Source of the DNA: Paraphysomonas bandaiensis
Lineage: Eukaryota; Protista; Chrysophyceae
Direction: 5' to 3'
NCBI GenBank assembly: GCA_965644295.1
Contig: CBFFRP010000430.1
Location: forward strand, 186,001-250,000
Length of the DNA stretch: 64,000 bases
Shown: positions 50,875 to 62,700 of the stretch, piece after piece
How positions within the stretch are numbered: the first letter of the stretch is position 1
How the letters are laid out: each line of letters begins with the position of its first letter
The notes under the pieces: generated by a model
Databases searched by the model: none
Seen by the model: only the letters and a program-made list of their open reading frames with translations
What the model was told of the DNA's origin: nothing
Translations under genes and position numbers: made by a program

Positions 50875-52966
50875 ATGGATATTGGAGAAATAACACCGCA
50901 AGAAATTGCAGATCTAGAGCAAGAATGGAAAGAAGACAGAATGAAAATTACTCTATGGAAAAGACCCTGGCAAACCCTTGTTTTGTTTGGGTCTGCAATG
51001 TGTTCTGTAATCGACAAATCTATACGATATATGATGTCTCATCCAGTTGTTTTACGATTTCTTGGTCCGCTCTTTATGCTCTGGGTTTTATTGGAGTTTA
51101 TTCCAGGGCCATACACCGAGTTTATTAACGGTATTGAGTTTTGCATAGAGTACGTTATTTGGTGGGTTGGTTTGGGTATATTGTCGTCAATCGGCTTAGG
51201 TAGTGGCCTGCAAACAGGTGATGTAGTTGTACTGTACGCTATTATTCTGAGTTATCTATTGCTTAGGCGTACTATTCTTATTTCCACACATTATAAGAGT
51301 ATGTCTGACTGCTCAGACTTGTAAATCACTTCGCTTCAAATCATTTGGTGCGATTTGGTTTCGACGCACTCAAGATTTATTCAAGTGCATACCTCCAAGC
51401 GAGGGTGAATCAGAGGCCCCTACAGCTAGCTTTTTAGGTGATTTATCGTTTCTTATTCTCTCCTACCGCAGTCAATATTTTATGCACACAGGTGTTTGGT
51501 TGCTTGTATTGGTCCCTAGCTTTCTCCAGGCAACTGGTGAGAATGAGAATGTCTTCCGCTATATCAGCATCTCATGTAGTTTATTCTTAGGCACTGCAAT
51601 TGGGGAAATCCCACCCTATTGGATGACTCGAGCCGCCAGGGAGGCCGCTATAGAGGCTGGGGATAAAGGAGAGGTATATTCTGTCTAATTAGCATATCTT
51701 CTGGAATATTTTATTGACTGTGGAACAGATACCTGAAGAGCTGGAAACTAACTCCAAATACAGCCTTGTGAACAGAGTCAAGGGACGCATGATTCAGTTT
51801 CTCAGGGCCCACGGTTTCATGGGGGTGTTTCTAATGGCTGCCTGGCCGAATTTTGCTTTTGATCTCTGCGGCATATGCTGTGGACATTTTCTTATGCCGT
51901 TCTGGACGTTCTTTGGAGCCACGTTTCTAGGTGTGTTGTTCATGTTGCCTTTTGACACAGATGAAAGTTATAATATGCTACAGGAAAAGCTTGTGTGCGG
52001 AATACATATCAGACTCTGCTTATGGTTACTCTTTTTAGGTACTATGATATGTGTGCCTATTTCTACTGTGACTTATATGACTGTATATACTAGTGAGCGG
52101 TACCTAGAGGTATTCATTCGGACTTTACAGCGATTGGTGCCGGATCATTTTCATCTGGACACGTACATCCGGGAAGCCCTGGAGGAGTTCCAGGAAAGTT
52201 CACAGAGAGAAATGCAGAAGCAGGAAATGGGGGAACCGACATCTGCACCCTCGGCGCAGAGTCATTCTGCCCTTTCCCACATCTGGAGTATTATGATGAC
52301 TATAATTCTCATTTATTTCAGCCTTTCTTGTGTGCAGCACTTTGCACAATTTTACCAGGCCATGATCGACAAGGTTCGTCAGTCAATTCCCTAATATTTC
52401 TATAAAATAATAATAAATTCCTACAGGATAAGTCAGACGCATACAAAATGAAACTCGCTCCTCATGTCCGGCGCGGCCTTACTTCTCCCGTCTCTGGTAG
52501 AATTAAACTGCCCCCTCCCACACCTAAAGGCAAAAAACGTCAATACACGTCAGCAACGCCGTCACCTCCGCGCCCTCAGGCCGCGGCGTTGCATCGCCCT
52601 TGTCCTGGTACAGCACCATCTGCCCTCGGCGAACCTTATTGCCGGTCTTCTCCGCCGGCTCATGAGCGTTTCTGCTGTGGCGATACGAGTACCCCATGTC
52701 GAGACCCCCATAACGAGGACTATAGTAGTTGCGACTCTAGTCCTGGAGTTGACGGCGAGATACCGTCTTACTCCCCTTCACCACCTCGAAGGGGAATCAT
52801 CAAAGGAAGAGTTCTCTCTGCCGTTGATAGAAATAAAATGCGCTATAGCAGTTATTCGGAGAACAGTATGAGCGCCCCCAATATCACAGACAGCTCCCCC
52901 GTAGCCAAGGTGGAAAGAGTAATGTCTAGACAATCAGAAGAAGAAATTGAAAATAAATGCAAATAA
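50875..52966 (+). CDS. VMP1: Vacuole membrane protein 1 (VMP1)
   Basis: ITLWKRP, WWVGLGILSSIGLGSGLQ, GTAIGEIPPY and WPNFAFDLCGICCGHFLMPFWTFFGAT, with a S/P-rich C-terminal tail. Confidence 0.93.
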
Positions 52967-53547
52967 AATAAACGTACTTGACATTTTCATAGACCGTGTA
53001 ATGGACTAGTCAAACCGAGATGTAGCTCTGAGGTGGACTCTACACTATGTTTTGGATTTAATAATACAGTTTAACAGTTTTCATGGACTTTCTCGTACAA
53101 TGTGGAGCGTTCTTGCGTCGATTAATAGTATTCTGTCTGTCTGTTATGCATAAACAGCAATATGAAAATATACCATAGATGGACTTTTATTAAAATAGAA
53201 TTACGACTAAATTGTCTTATGTTGAAATAACAGTGTGATAGAAGCATGAGACACGCTTTGCTAATAACTAACGTGCAAATGAATTGTTATATACGTGCGC
53301 GCGATATCAGTCAACAAGTAACCAGCTTTCGTCACGCTGTAAATACGAATAGTACTGCCAAGTAATTGAATAATGCCTAAATTGTTCGACCATCATATAG
53401 AAACTTGTTTTATTCGTTTCTTCCTACTTGCTGAAACTGCAGGTTATCATGTAAAAATTCAAACCACAAAGTAAGAAAAACTGTCAGAGGTCACACAACT
53501 ACATTATTATTAGTATATAATTTCGGAACAATCTGTACGAATGCACA

Positions 53548-53841
53548 TCATGGGGTCTGCTTCCTCTCCAAAGGTCTGTAACCCAATTCAACACGTCTCT
53601 GATTAACTTCCTCATAAAGAGAATCCTCCCAATTGTTGTAATTATAACCAACATACGCACCCACTCCAATATGAGCAATCATAAGCCATGGTTCTATATA
53701 AAAATATATATAAAATAAATAATAATTTAATTTATTTATTGACTTACGATAGAGATAACGCTGCTTATGGAGGGCATTGGAGAACATGCGGATACCCATA
53801 CCACACAAGGCTCCTGCAGCTGCATTAATAACGGTGCTCAT
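53548..53841 (-). CDS. NDUFC2: Complex I accessory subunit NDUFC2/B14.5b-like
   Basis: GALCGMGIRMFSNALHKQRYLYQPW...GVGAYVG resembles plant B14.5b (GALLGLGTQMYSNALRKLPYMRHPW). One 51-nt intron. Confidence 0.75.
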   Translation of the reverse strand: MSTVINAAAGALCGMGIRMFSNALHKQRYLYRKSINKLNYYLFYIYFYIEPWLMIAHIGVGAYVGYNYNNWEDSLYEEVNQRRVELGYRPLERKQTP

Positions 53842-53974
53842 GGTAAGTACTGTAAATAAATGAGATATAAGTAAAGGAGGGTAAAGAATTACTATGAACT
53901 CGAATTAATGACAGGGAGACAGTCAATTGACGATATAGAGAGAGATGTGAGTGTATGTAGAGAGGAGTGTAAGT

Positions 53975-54075
53975 TGTATGTATGTATGTGTGTGTATGTA
54001 TGTGTGTGTATGTATGTGTGTGTATGTATGTGCTGTGTATGTATGTATTTGTGTGTATGTATGTGTGTGTATGGT
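53975..54075. repeat. (TG/TATG) compound microsatellite
   Basis: Directly visible. Confidence 0.9.
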
Positions 54076-54482
54076 ATGGTTATCTTGCACCAATATTATG
54101 GAGTGTGTAGGAGATGAGTTGCTGTGTAGTAAGGAGATGGATGATGTGTATTGAATACTGGTATACTCTTCACTGTATTCATCGTAGTGTAACATTTCGG
54201 GTAAAAAGTAACATTTTCTCTGTAATATGGAGAAAAATAATACTTAGAAGTATAAAAAACAGGGTTTTTATAGATATTCGAAAGCCTGCTATGTAAATTA
54301 GTGTAAAATTCTATGTACAGAAGATGTACATAATCATATATATACCACACGCCACACTGCATGAGGATATGATAGACTAACTAACTCTGAGTTGCACACC
54401 TCTGCTGCCTTATCTTAAAAGAAATGTTATTTATTGAGATTGGTATAATGCTGTTAGTGGTAAAGACTGAACATATAGATTA

Positions 54483-54630
54483 CATGGACATGGAGGGTCC
54501 TGTGAACGAAGCCATCTAAGAACATCCAAGTGCCCACCCTCTGCAGCAGCTGTGCAAGTCGAGGCCCTCCAAGTCCATGGAATAAAAATACTTGCGAAGC
54601 TGCTGCAAGAGGTGGGCCCTTGGATGTTCT
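54483..54630. pseudogene. Two ankyrin-repeat fragments fused in opposite orientation
   Basis: 54483-54561 is a minus-strand repeat unit. 54560-54630 nearly matches 57438-57508 on the plus strand. Confidence 0.85.
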
Positions 54631-55533
54631 GGATTGGATGACTTCCTCAAATGGCACAAACACGAAAAAACACAAAATGCTTGTGACGCGACACAAATTG
54701 CGTCGCTGCTGTCATATATATATATATATATACAGATGAGAATTAGCAAATATATGATGTTAGGGTGGTTGTTTAATATGAGAAAACGTCAGAGGATGCG
54801 GAAGAATTTGACACTGATAAGAATCCGCATGACTCTTCCGGAAAGAAACTATTTGAAACTAGCTGCTCTAAGGCAGATAAGAGAAACAGCTTGGCGACAT
54901 CTTTATAATTACGGTGATGACAGAGATTTTCTGAATACGTGCAATGGGGGCTTAAGGTACAAGCCCTTTACCCAGAAATTGAGGGCAGATGGGGCTTCAT
55001 CGACGGAAAGAACTACAAAGTTCAAAAACCATCGCAAGCAGATCTGCAGAACGCAATGTACAATGGCTGGCTACATGCTACTATGGTAACAGGATGTCTA
55101 TGTTTCGATGTAAGTGGATGCATATGTTGGGGCAAACATAATTTCGTTGGTTCTTGGAATGATGGAGAGATGTCAAGAGCATTCCAGGAAAAACTATGCC
55201 GAGACGAATTCTGTTTAGAGGGTCATGGAGTGGTATCCGATTCAGTATATCCTGTTTCTGGAAAATGTTTTGGCCGCATAATTAAGGATGGTGATATTGA
55301 GAAAGCACACCCCTTAGCGAGGCCAGTTTTGCTACGTCGTAGTAGGAAATAACTTCTTTACGACAAGCTTGTGAGTGGGGCATGGGTGCCGTAGAGAAGG
55401 TGTACAGGCGTCTACTACTGCCGTTGCCTTTTAACCAAGTAACTCGTGCTACTAGACTAGCTTGTATTCATAGATTATATAACTATCGTGTTCGCACCAC
55501 TGGTATAAGTCAGATTCGTAATACTTTCTTATA
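54631..55533 (+). mobile_element. PIF/Harbinger DDE transposase pseudogene (internal deletion, frameshift)
   Basis: WGFIDG...YNGWLH...GSWND...VVSDSVYP...RQACEWGMG...LYNYRVRTTGISQI. Breaks at ~54938 and ~55350. Confidence 0.85.
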
Positions 55534-55605
55534 AGCATACATATTAACTCGAAATTTGCATAACTCTAGTAATAACTTAAACTATTATAATCTGAAAATC
55601 CTTTC

Positions 55606-56351
55606 TTATTTATCACTACTTTCTCCTTTCTTTAACAGGGACATCATGAAAGTCATCATCATTTGTTGTTGGACCATAGCTGCCTCTTCTCGTCGTCGAT
55701 CCATTTCTTGCCGACGTCGTTCCATTTCTTCTTCACGTCGTCGTTCCTCTTCACGTCTTCTCTCTGCTCGCTCCTCTTCGCGGAGCCTGTGAGCTTCGTC
55801 TCTTTGTTGCATGTACATCATCATGTGAAGCATATTATTATCTTCAGATTTTTTCCTTCAAAGCACGGTCTATACTGAACTTTGTTGTAGTCACCGGTGA
55901 CTGTCGCTGAGCAGAATTAATCAACTGTTGCTAAGTTAAACCAGCTCTTCCCGTGGTAGATGGTCGCTGTGTTGGACGTTTCCTTTTTGAAGTACGAATA
56001 CTCATTTTTGGCCCAGTTTTTGCAGCTTCAGTTATTGATTCAACATCTGATATTGAGTGGGATCTCCTATATACACAATAAATACTTGCAATCGAAACAA
56101 ATATGCTTTAAACGCACCTGTGGGTTTGGATACATTTTACAAAGCTTTAAATTTTCTACGAAGTTGGTCACTTTCTCTAGGATTGGACACTTTACCATTG
56201 TATTCAAGCGTTAACGCATCCGGCCTAATGGCAGCATCTCCTTAACCAAATCAAGCAGTACGGCCACGTCTGCTGATGTATATGACGCTCCTCTGCCTAC
56301 TTTATCTTTCCTCATCCTCTTCTTTACTTGATTTTGAGTATTTAGGGCCAT
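55606..56351 (-). mobile_element. Harbinger accessory Myb/SANT-like ORF, degenerate, convergent with transposase
   Basis: RGASYTSADVAVLLDLVKEMLPLG...RESDQLRRKFKAL...KPTG (frameshifted) plus an R/E coiled-coil tail ending MMMTFMMSLL. Confidence 0.7.
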
Positions 56352-56436
56352 ATATATGGATGGTAAGTTCCTGCTGTCCTAAATTGTGTCATATGACAGT
56401 TGTGGAAGTATTTGATGTATTATCCAGCCAAAAGAT

Positions 56437-56939
56437 ACGTATCGGCCTCCTTCGTTTATTTTTGTTCCAAGATGCCTCTAATATTGAGGCAATAATTATG
56501 TGTAATCCAGCCGTAGTTGTAGTTCAGTAATATAGAAGAATTTTGCTTCAATTTATTTCCGCAAAATGAGATGCTGACTGCCGATATGTATACGACGGTT
56601 GAGGAAGGATCCTCCATGTCCATGTGATGAATGGACTTGCTGTGCTGCGGCAAAAAATGGTATTTTTTGAAGAATTGTGTTATGCCATTAGAAAAGTGGC
56701 GGTTTTTACAAGCCCAAAACCTGATTTTTTATTCCACTCGTATAGCATCATATACCGGTACAGTATACAGTATTCTGTGACCCCGGACGTATCGGCAGTC
56801 TGCATCTTATTTTTCGGGAATAAATTGAAGCAAATATTTTCTATATTACTTACATACAACTACGGCTGGAATACACATAATTGTTGTCTCTATATTAGAG
56901 CCATCTTTGAACAAAAATACACAAAGGATGCCGATACGG
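56437..56939. repeat. Foldback structure with ~155-bp imperfect inverted arms
   Basis: 56437-56593 is the reverse complement (roughly 80% by eye) of 56787-56939. Confidence 0.85.
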
Positions 56940-57087
56940 AAATGTCCTCAGCAGTATGGGCCAGTACGGGCTCCTACGTACAGTGCAGTGTATACGTGTC
57001 CTTGTGCTGTATATGCATGTATGTATAGATATGAACTCATCTCATAATCATCTGCTGTATTAACACTCTATCAGCCCCATATAAACC

Positions 57088-57996
57088 ATGAATGAAATCA
57101 CTCTATCTGATCTCAATGATGATGTTCTTCGTCTCATCATCTCGATGATCCCACACACGGCTGTCCTTCCAGTGATAATGACTTGTAAGAGATTTCACGA
57201 TATAGTATACACTGACAAGAGGAGAGTACAGTCACATGCATCTCACTACTGTATGACCAACTCAATGGTCTCATGGGCTCTGGCTATGGGCTGCCCATAC
57301 ATCAAACTAATGAATACATGTGCACTATACGGCAGACTACAGCAGATGATACACTTATCCACACATACGTATACACACACACATAATACAGAGTATGCTT
57401 CTAGTGAATTGGATGCACAAGAGTGGCTTCGTTCACAAGGCCCTCCAAGTCCATGGAATAAAAATACTTGCGAAGCTGCTGCAAGAGGTGGGCACTTGGA
57501 TGTTCTTATATGGCTTCGTTCACAGGACCCTCCATGTCCATGGGATGACTCGACTTGCACAGCTGCTGCAAAGGCTGGGCACTTGGATGTTCTTATATGG
57601 CTTCGTTCACAGGACCCTCCATGTCCATGGGATTGCTCGACTTGCGAAGCTGCTGCAGAGGGTGGGCACTTGGATGTTCTTATATGGCTTCGTTCACAGG
57701 ATCCTCCATGTCCATGTGATGTATGGACTTGCATTGCTGCTGCAAAGGCTGGGCACTTGGATGTTCTTATATGGCTTCGTTCACAGGACCCTCCATATCC
57801 ATGGAATGAATGGACTTGCATTGCTGCTGCAGAGGGTGGGCACTTGGATGTTCTTAGATGGCTTCGTTCACAGGACCCTCCTTGTCCATGGGATTGCTCG
57901 ACTTGCAGGGCTGCTGCAAGAAGTGGGCACTTGTTTATTTTGGATTGGCTTCGTTCACAGGACCCTCCATGTCCCAGTTTATTTTGCTTTAATTGA
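57088..57996 (+). CDS. Intronless F-box plus 29-aa ankyrin-like repeat protein
   Basis: F-box LSDLNDDVLRLII...TCKRFH followed by ~6 87-bp repeats HLDVLIWLRSQDPPCPWDxxTCxAAAxGG. Confidence 0.88.
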   Translation: MNEITLSDLNDDVLRLIISMIPHTAVLPVIMTCKRFHDIVYTDKRRVQSHASHYCMTNSMVSWALAMGCPYIKLMNTCALYGRLQQMIHLSTHTYTHTHNTEYASSELDAQEWLRSQGPPSPWNKNTCEAAARGGHLDVLIWLRSQDPPCPWDDSTCTAAAKAGHLDVLIWLRSQDPPCPWDCSTCEAAAEGGHLDVLIWLRSQDPPCPCDVWTCIAAAKAGHLDVLIWLRSQDPPYPWNEWTCIAAAEGGHLDVLRWLRSQDPPCPWDCSTCRAAARSGHLFILDWLRSQDPPCPSLFCFN

Positions 57997-58565
57997 TATG
58001 CTTCTCTGCTGCATAGTATGGACATTTGGATGTTTTCACATTATGCATTATGGCATAGCTGTAAGAAGGTGTCTAATGTTATAATCAGACAAGATATAAT
58101 AACAATCTCATGATTATTTTGTATATGGGTAAAGAGAGCATTTTTTAAATCCAAACCGAGTGTATTACATATAGGGGGATTCGAAATACGAAATTAACAA
58201 CTGTCCGATGTTCGATGAATGCTATGCGAATTTAATATTGATTCATATGAACAACCCTTATATATGATGGAATACGTATGTTTCTCTAAGATAGTACTTT
58301 AAAATAAGGTGAATACAATGTGATAAACTGTAATACGTAGTCAAACATACTATATAGCTATAACTGCCCTCAACAAAGTCGGAGTAGCACCTTTTCGTGG
58401 TGTTTAGAGGGATAAGTACCGGAGAGATTCTCGCTGGGATATTAACGTGAGCCGCAAACATAGACAGCAAATATTGTTCTGCCCACTCATAGCCGAATGC
58501 TTGTGTGGTACAAGGGACACCAATAAGTGTCACTTGTGTAGACGTCTTTGGGCTCTGACGAATCT

Positions 58566-58650
58566 AATTATTTAATGACTAGGCTTTTCAACCATTAGAC
58601 TAGGTTTTTACTCCAATTTTGGTGTGACTAGAAAATTCCACCATTTTGAC
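58566..58650. mobile_element. Second copy of GACTAGG-rich terminal repeat (same orientation as 1549-1653)
   Basis: Shares GACTAGGTTTTTAC.CCAATTTTGGTGTGACTAG and the ...ATCCC end. Confidence 0.75.
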
Positions 58651-59322
58651 TAGGTCGAAAAATAGATCCCATTGTACCACGTACCACCCCTGTACAAGAT
58701 ACGGAAGTTGATCAGTGGTTGCTTTTTTTGTGTGTTTGGTATGCGTAGATATATAGGGACTGGGGTGTGCCCCATACTGACAGCGTAACTATTCACTGCG
58801 TGCGGCCCTCTAGTGTCGTTTGTATTTCGATATTGAGGCAGCTAGTGCCATATATTAACGTCTTCTGGTGACCAACTTTTCCTACTGAGGAACTTATGCT
58901 GATACCGCCAAGTCAAAGCGCTTTATGGTGTTGGTACGCTTGAGTACTCACTGTTACTCATCCTTGCCTGGATTCATGGCATCAGTCGTAATGTATGCAC
59001 AACCTGCACCGACACCAGCTTCCTGCTCAATATCTTCTCCGTTATGAGTAGAGTTGGTATATTCAAATGGCTTTTTCTTCTATGCTAACTATGTTTTGAT
59101 TGATCTTCATCAATTGATATTACCGCAAGTGATATATATCTTCGGCATCTCTAGTGTACTTCATTGCCACACCATTGCTATCTGTTACCAAAGCCTAACA
59201 TAGTCGTCTGTATTTCATAACTGGTTACTATTTTACATTTCGAAAGGTACTGTTTCTTTCCTCTTGATCTTGAGCTACAAGACTAAGTTCAGCTCGACCC
59301 ATAGTGTGTATTGTATGTTATG

Positions 59323-59619
59323 TGTTGAGAAACGCTCATTTTACACTAGATCACAGAGAGAATTTGTCGTAAGACTAGATAGATTTATTAATATCGTTTA
59401 CACGAAGTTGTGATAACCAACACTAACTCATTATAATCCCTGCATAATATCCTACATATGCGAACCTCTCGTTACTGAACATATCTTGAACGATCAAACT
59501 ATTTCAGTTTCTCAATATCATCACAGCATTTGTACATCACTATATTTCACTGTATTCTCGTACATTGTCTTGAAGTGACATACTGAATATACTAGAATAA
59601 GATCCATATTATTCTAATA
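59323..59619 (-). mobile_element. Putative 3' LTR (~297 bp) of the copia element
   Basis: On the minus strand the PPT GAGTGGGAG directly precedes TATTAG..., and the segment ends ...TCTCAACA. The 5' LTR is outside the window, so this is unconfirmed. Confidence 0.65.
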
Positions 59620-59798
59620 CTCCCACTCAATGTAGAATGCAGTGAGATAAAACAACAGTGATCACAATAATCTGATAATGCTATGACTATCTAGTCCCAT
59701 AGGTAAAAACAGATGTGAAATCTTTTAAAGATACATATATATCTAGCAGTCAACTAGATATACAGTTATGTGGGATTTTCACCCACTAAAACACACCT

Positions 59799-62700
59799 TT
59801 AACCTCTTCGGGGTCGTTTCTTCTGCTGCTCCTCCACACTGTTAGACACACTCCTCTTAACCCCGGTAATCGTTTTCTCATGACGGCTGAAGATCTTCGT
59901 GGACAACGCCTTTGTAAAAATATCGGCCGCCATATCATCCGTAGATACATGAATCAACTTTGCTGTAGGAAATTTGCCATTAACATGTTCTCTTATCCAG
60001 TGATACTTGATGTCAATATGCTTCGACCTCTTATGATACACTGGATTCTCTGAAAGATCCTTTGCACTCTTACTATCCATAAAGAATGGAGTCGGCTTCG
60101 CTACCAAGAGTCCGAGCTCCTTGAACACCCCCCGAAGCCACACCAGTTCTTGCAAAGCCGCATACTCCGCCATATACTCAGATTCCATGCTCGAAGTCGC
60201 AACTGTGGTCTGAAGCTTGGACTGCCAGGCCAAAGCGCCCGCACATAAAAGCACGATGTATCCCGTTGTGGACCGCCTAGTCATCCTATCACCAGCCCAG
60301 TCTGAATCACTGAATACATGTAAATCAAACTCACTCCCACTGAATCTGATTCCCTTATCAACTGTACCACGTAAATATTTCAACAAATGAATAGCTAATC
60401 TGCAAGTCGCATATGTTGGAGAAGTACTAAATCGAGCCAATAACCCCACAGCGTAAGCCAGATCAGGTCTAGTGTGAATCGCCAAATGCAACACCGCTCC
60501 AATAATTCCTCTATACGGAAATGATTCGACCCACAGCTTCTGCTCCTCCGTCAGCTCACGTTGCTCTGCCAACAAATCCTGAACATTGGTAGGTAGTGGA
60601 GTCTCCTTATTCTTACTGCTCTTCCCCATAAACGAATCGAATTTCTTTACAATATTCTTGGCATATTCCGATTGATCTAACATGTACCAGTCCTCTCCTC
60701 TCGTGATTCTGATATTCAGAAACCGTTTGCACACACCCAGATCGTGCATTTCAAACGTTTCGCAGAACCTACGTTTAACACTTTCTAAGTAGGTGAGATC
60801 AGCAGATGCAATGATAATATCATCAACATATATCAGCAATAAGTGCAATTGACCATTACTCCATCGCATATACAAGCATGTATCTAAAATGCAAGCAGTA
60901 AAATGTAACGATTTGATAAACTTGTCAATATGCTTGTTCCACTGCCTCGGTGATGACCGCAAACCATATAAGGCCTTGATCAATTGAAAACACCACCCCG
61001 CTGGCAACTCTTCATCAGGTGGAGGTGCCATATACACATCCTCTTCAAGATCGGCATAACAAAACGCTGATGATACATCCAACTGATGTACATGCATATG
61101 GAACATAAACGCAATCGCGAGGACCAGTCGAATGGTTATTCCTTTGACCACTGGAGCAAACGTGGACTGCTCCTCCTCCGTTTTTTCTTGTAGATTCCCT
61201 AATGCAACCAGCCGCGCCTTATACTTGACTACGTTCCCCAGAAGGTCTCTCTTCACCGTGTGAACATACTTTGCTCGCACCAACTTCACTCCTCGTGGAG
61301 TCCGCACAATCTTTAAGACACGTCTCTTCAGTAGTGAGGTCTTCTCCACCTTCCGAGCTTCTCTCCACTTCATGTACTGTGGAGATCTCTCTGCTTCAGC
61401 ATAGGAGTCTGGTGTCTTAAAATCATCGTGTTGAAACTCTGCATGTTTAAAGTTAACAGTGCATGCATCTGGCACCTCAACCATATTTATTTCTCCTAAC
61501 ACCGATGCGTTCGCCAACCTACGCTGTAGCCGTTTCCGCCGTACACGACCATCACCATCTAGTTCAATAGGTCGTCTAGTAGTTATATACGAACCCATAC
61601 CTTGCTCATCCTGAGCCCGCAAATCTTGCGGTGTGGGAGGAGCCCCGCTCGCATCCCCAGACCCATGGTCTGTCGAGGTCTGCAACCTCACGACTGTCTG
61701 TTGACAGGTTGGGTCAGGACTCTCCTGGAACCCTCCAGGTCTTCCCTGGTCCAGCTCCCTGGCTGGCGTAGTACTCAGGGCGTCCCCCTTTCCTATGTAC
61801 CCGGTATTCCCGGGGGTTTCTGCAGTCATACGCACCACGTCTTCGACGTGTATAGGCACCCGGTGCTCTATATGCTCGCGACCTGCAGTAACAAGTGAAC
61901 GGTATGCTACAATCACACCCTTACGTTCTACAACTCTTGTTGTCTTATACAGAAGTCCGTCCTCATCATCAATATGATACGTTCCTTCTAAGCTGGCATA
62001 GTCGGATGCAAGCTTGGGTCTAGCGGCCTCCCGCACTCGAAGAGCATCAATCTCTGCAAAATACTTCTCTGATCGTGATGGCGTTGACTCATCAGTCAAT
62101 ATATGGACTGTAGTCACCACCTTGTTTGATTCAGGAAGATATACATGGTATCCTACCTTCTCATCAGAGTAACCCATTAAATATCCAACTAGAGCCTTAT
62201 CCTCCCAATCCTTTCGTCGATCCGCCTTCGGTGAAAGAACATAAGTTCGACACCCCCATACCCTAAGATATCTCAAATTTGGAGGCTCGCCCGTTAGAAA
62301 CTCTATAGGAGACATATACCCTTTATCTGTTTTCGTTGGCAATCGAATCAAAATATATCTGGCTGCCATGTATGCATCCAGCCAAAATTGCGGTGGCAGT
62401 CCAGATTGGATTAGCATTGCAAGAGTCATCTCTCCAGCAGTTCTGAACTTCCTCTCCTCTATGGCATTCATTTCTGGAGAGTCTGTTGAGCTCCACGTAT
62501 GTTGATAGCACTCCTGTGTCCTAAGATACTGACGCAGCTCTTCACTGATTAATTCTCTTGCACCATCTGCATGATAGTGCTCCATCTTGAGCTTGTACCT
62601 TTTAACATCTCCTCTAAATAGCTCTTTGAAGACTTCTAAGACCGCTTCCCCAGTTCTGTGGACTAAACCCGTCGCCCAGAACATTTTGCTGGCATGATGC

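Noticed and set aside
57246-58084. Long antisense and alternative-frame ORFs over the ankyrin gene
   Set aside because: Shadows of an 87-bp repeat that lacks stops in those frames.
58700-59320. Coding-like GC-richer segment next to the LTR
   Set aside because: No sustained frame or recognisable motif on either strand.
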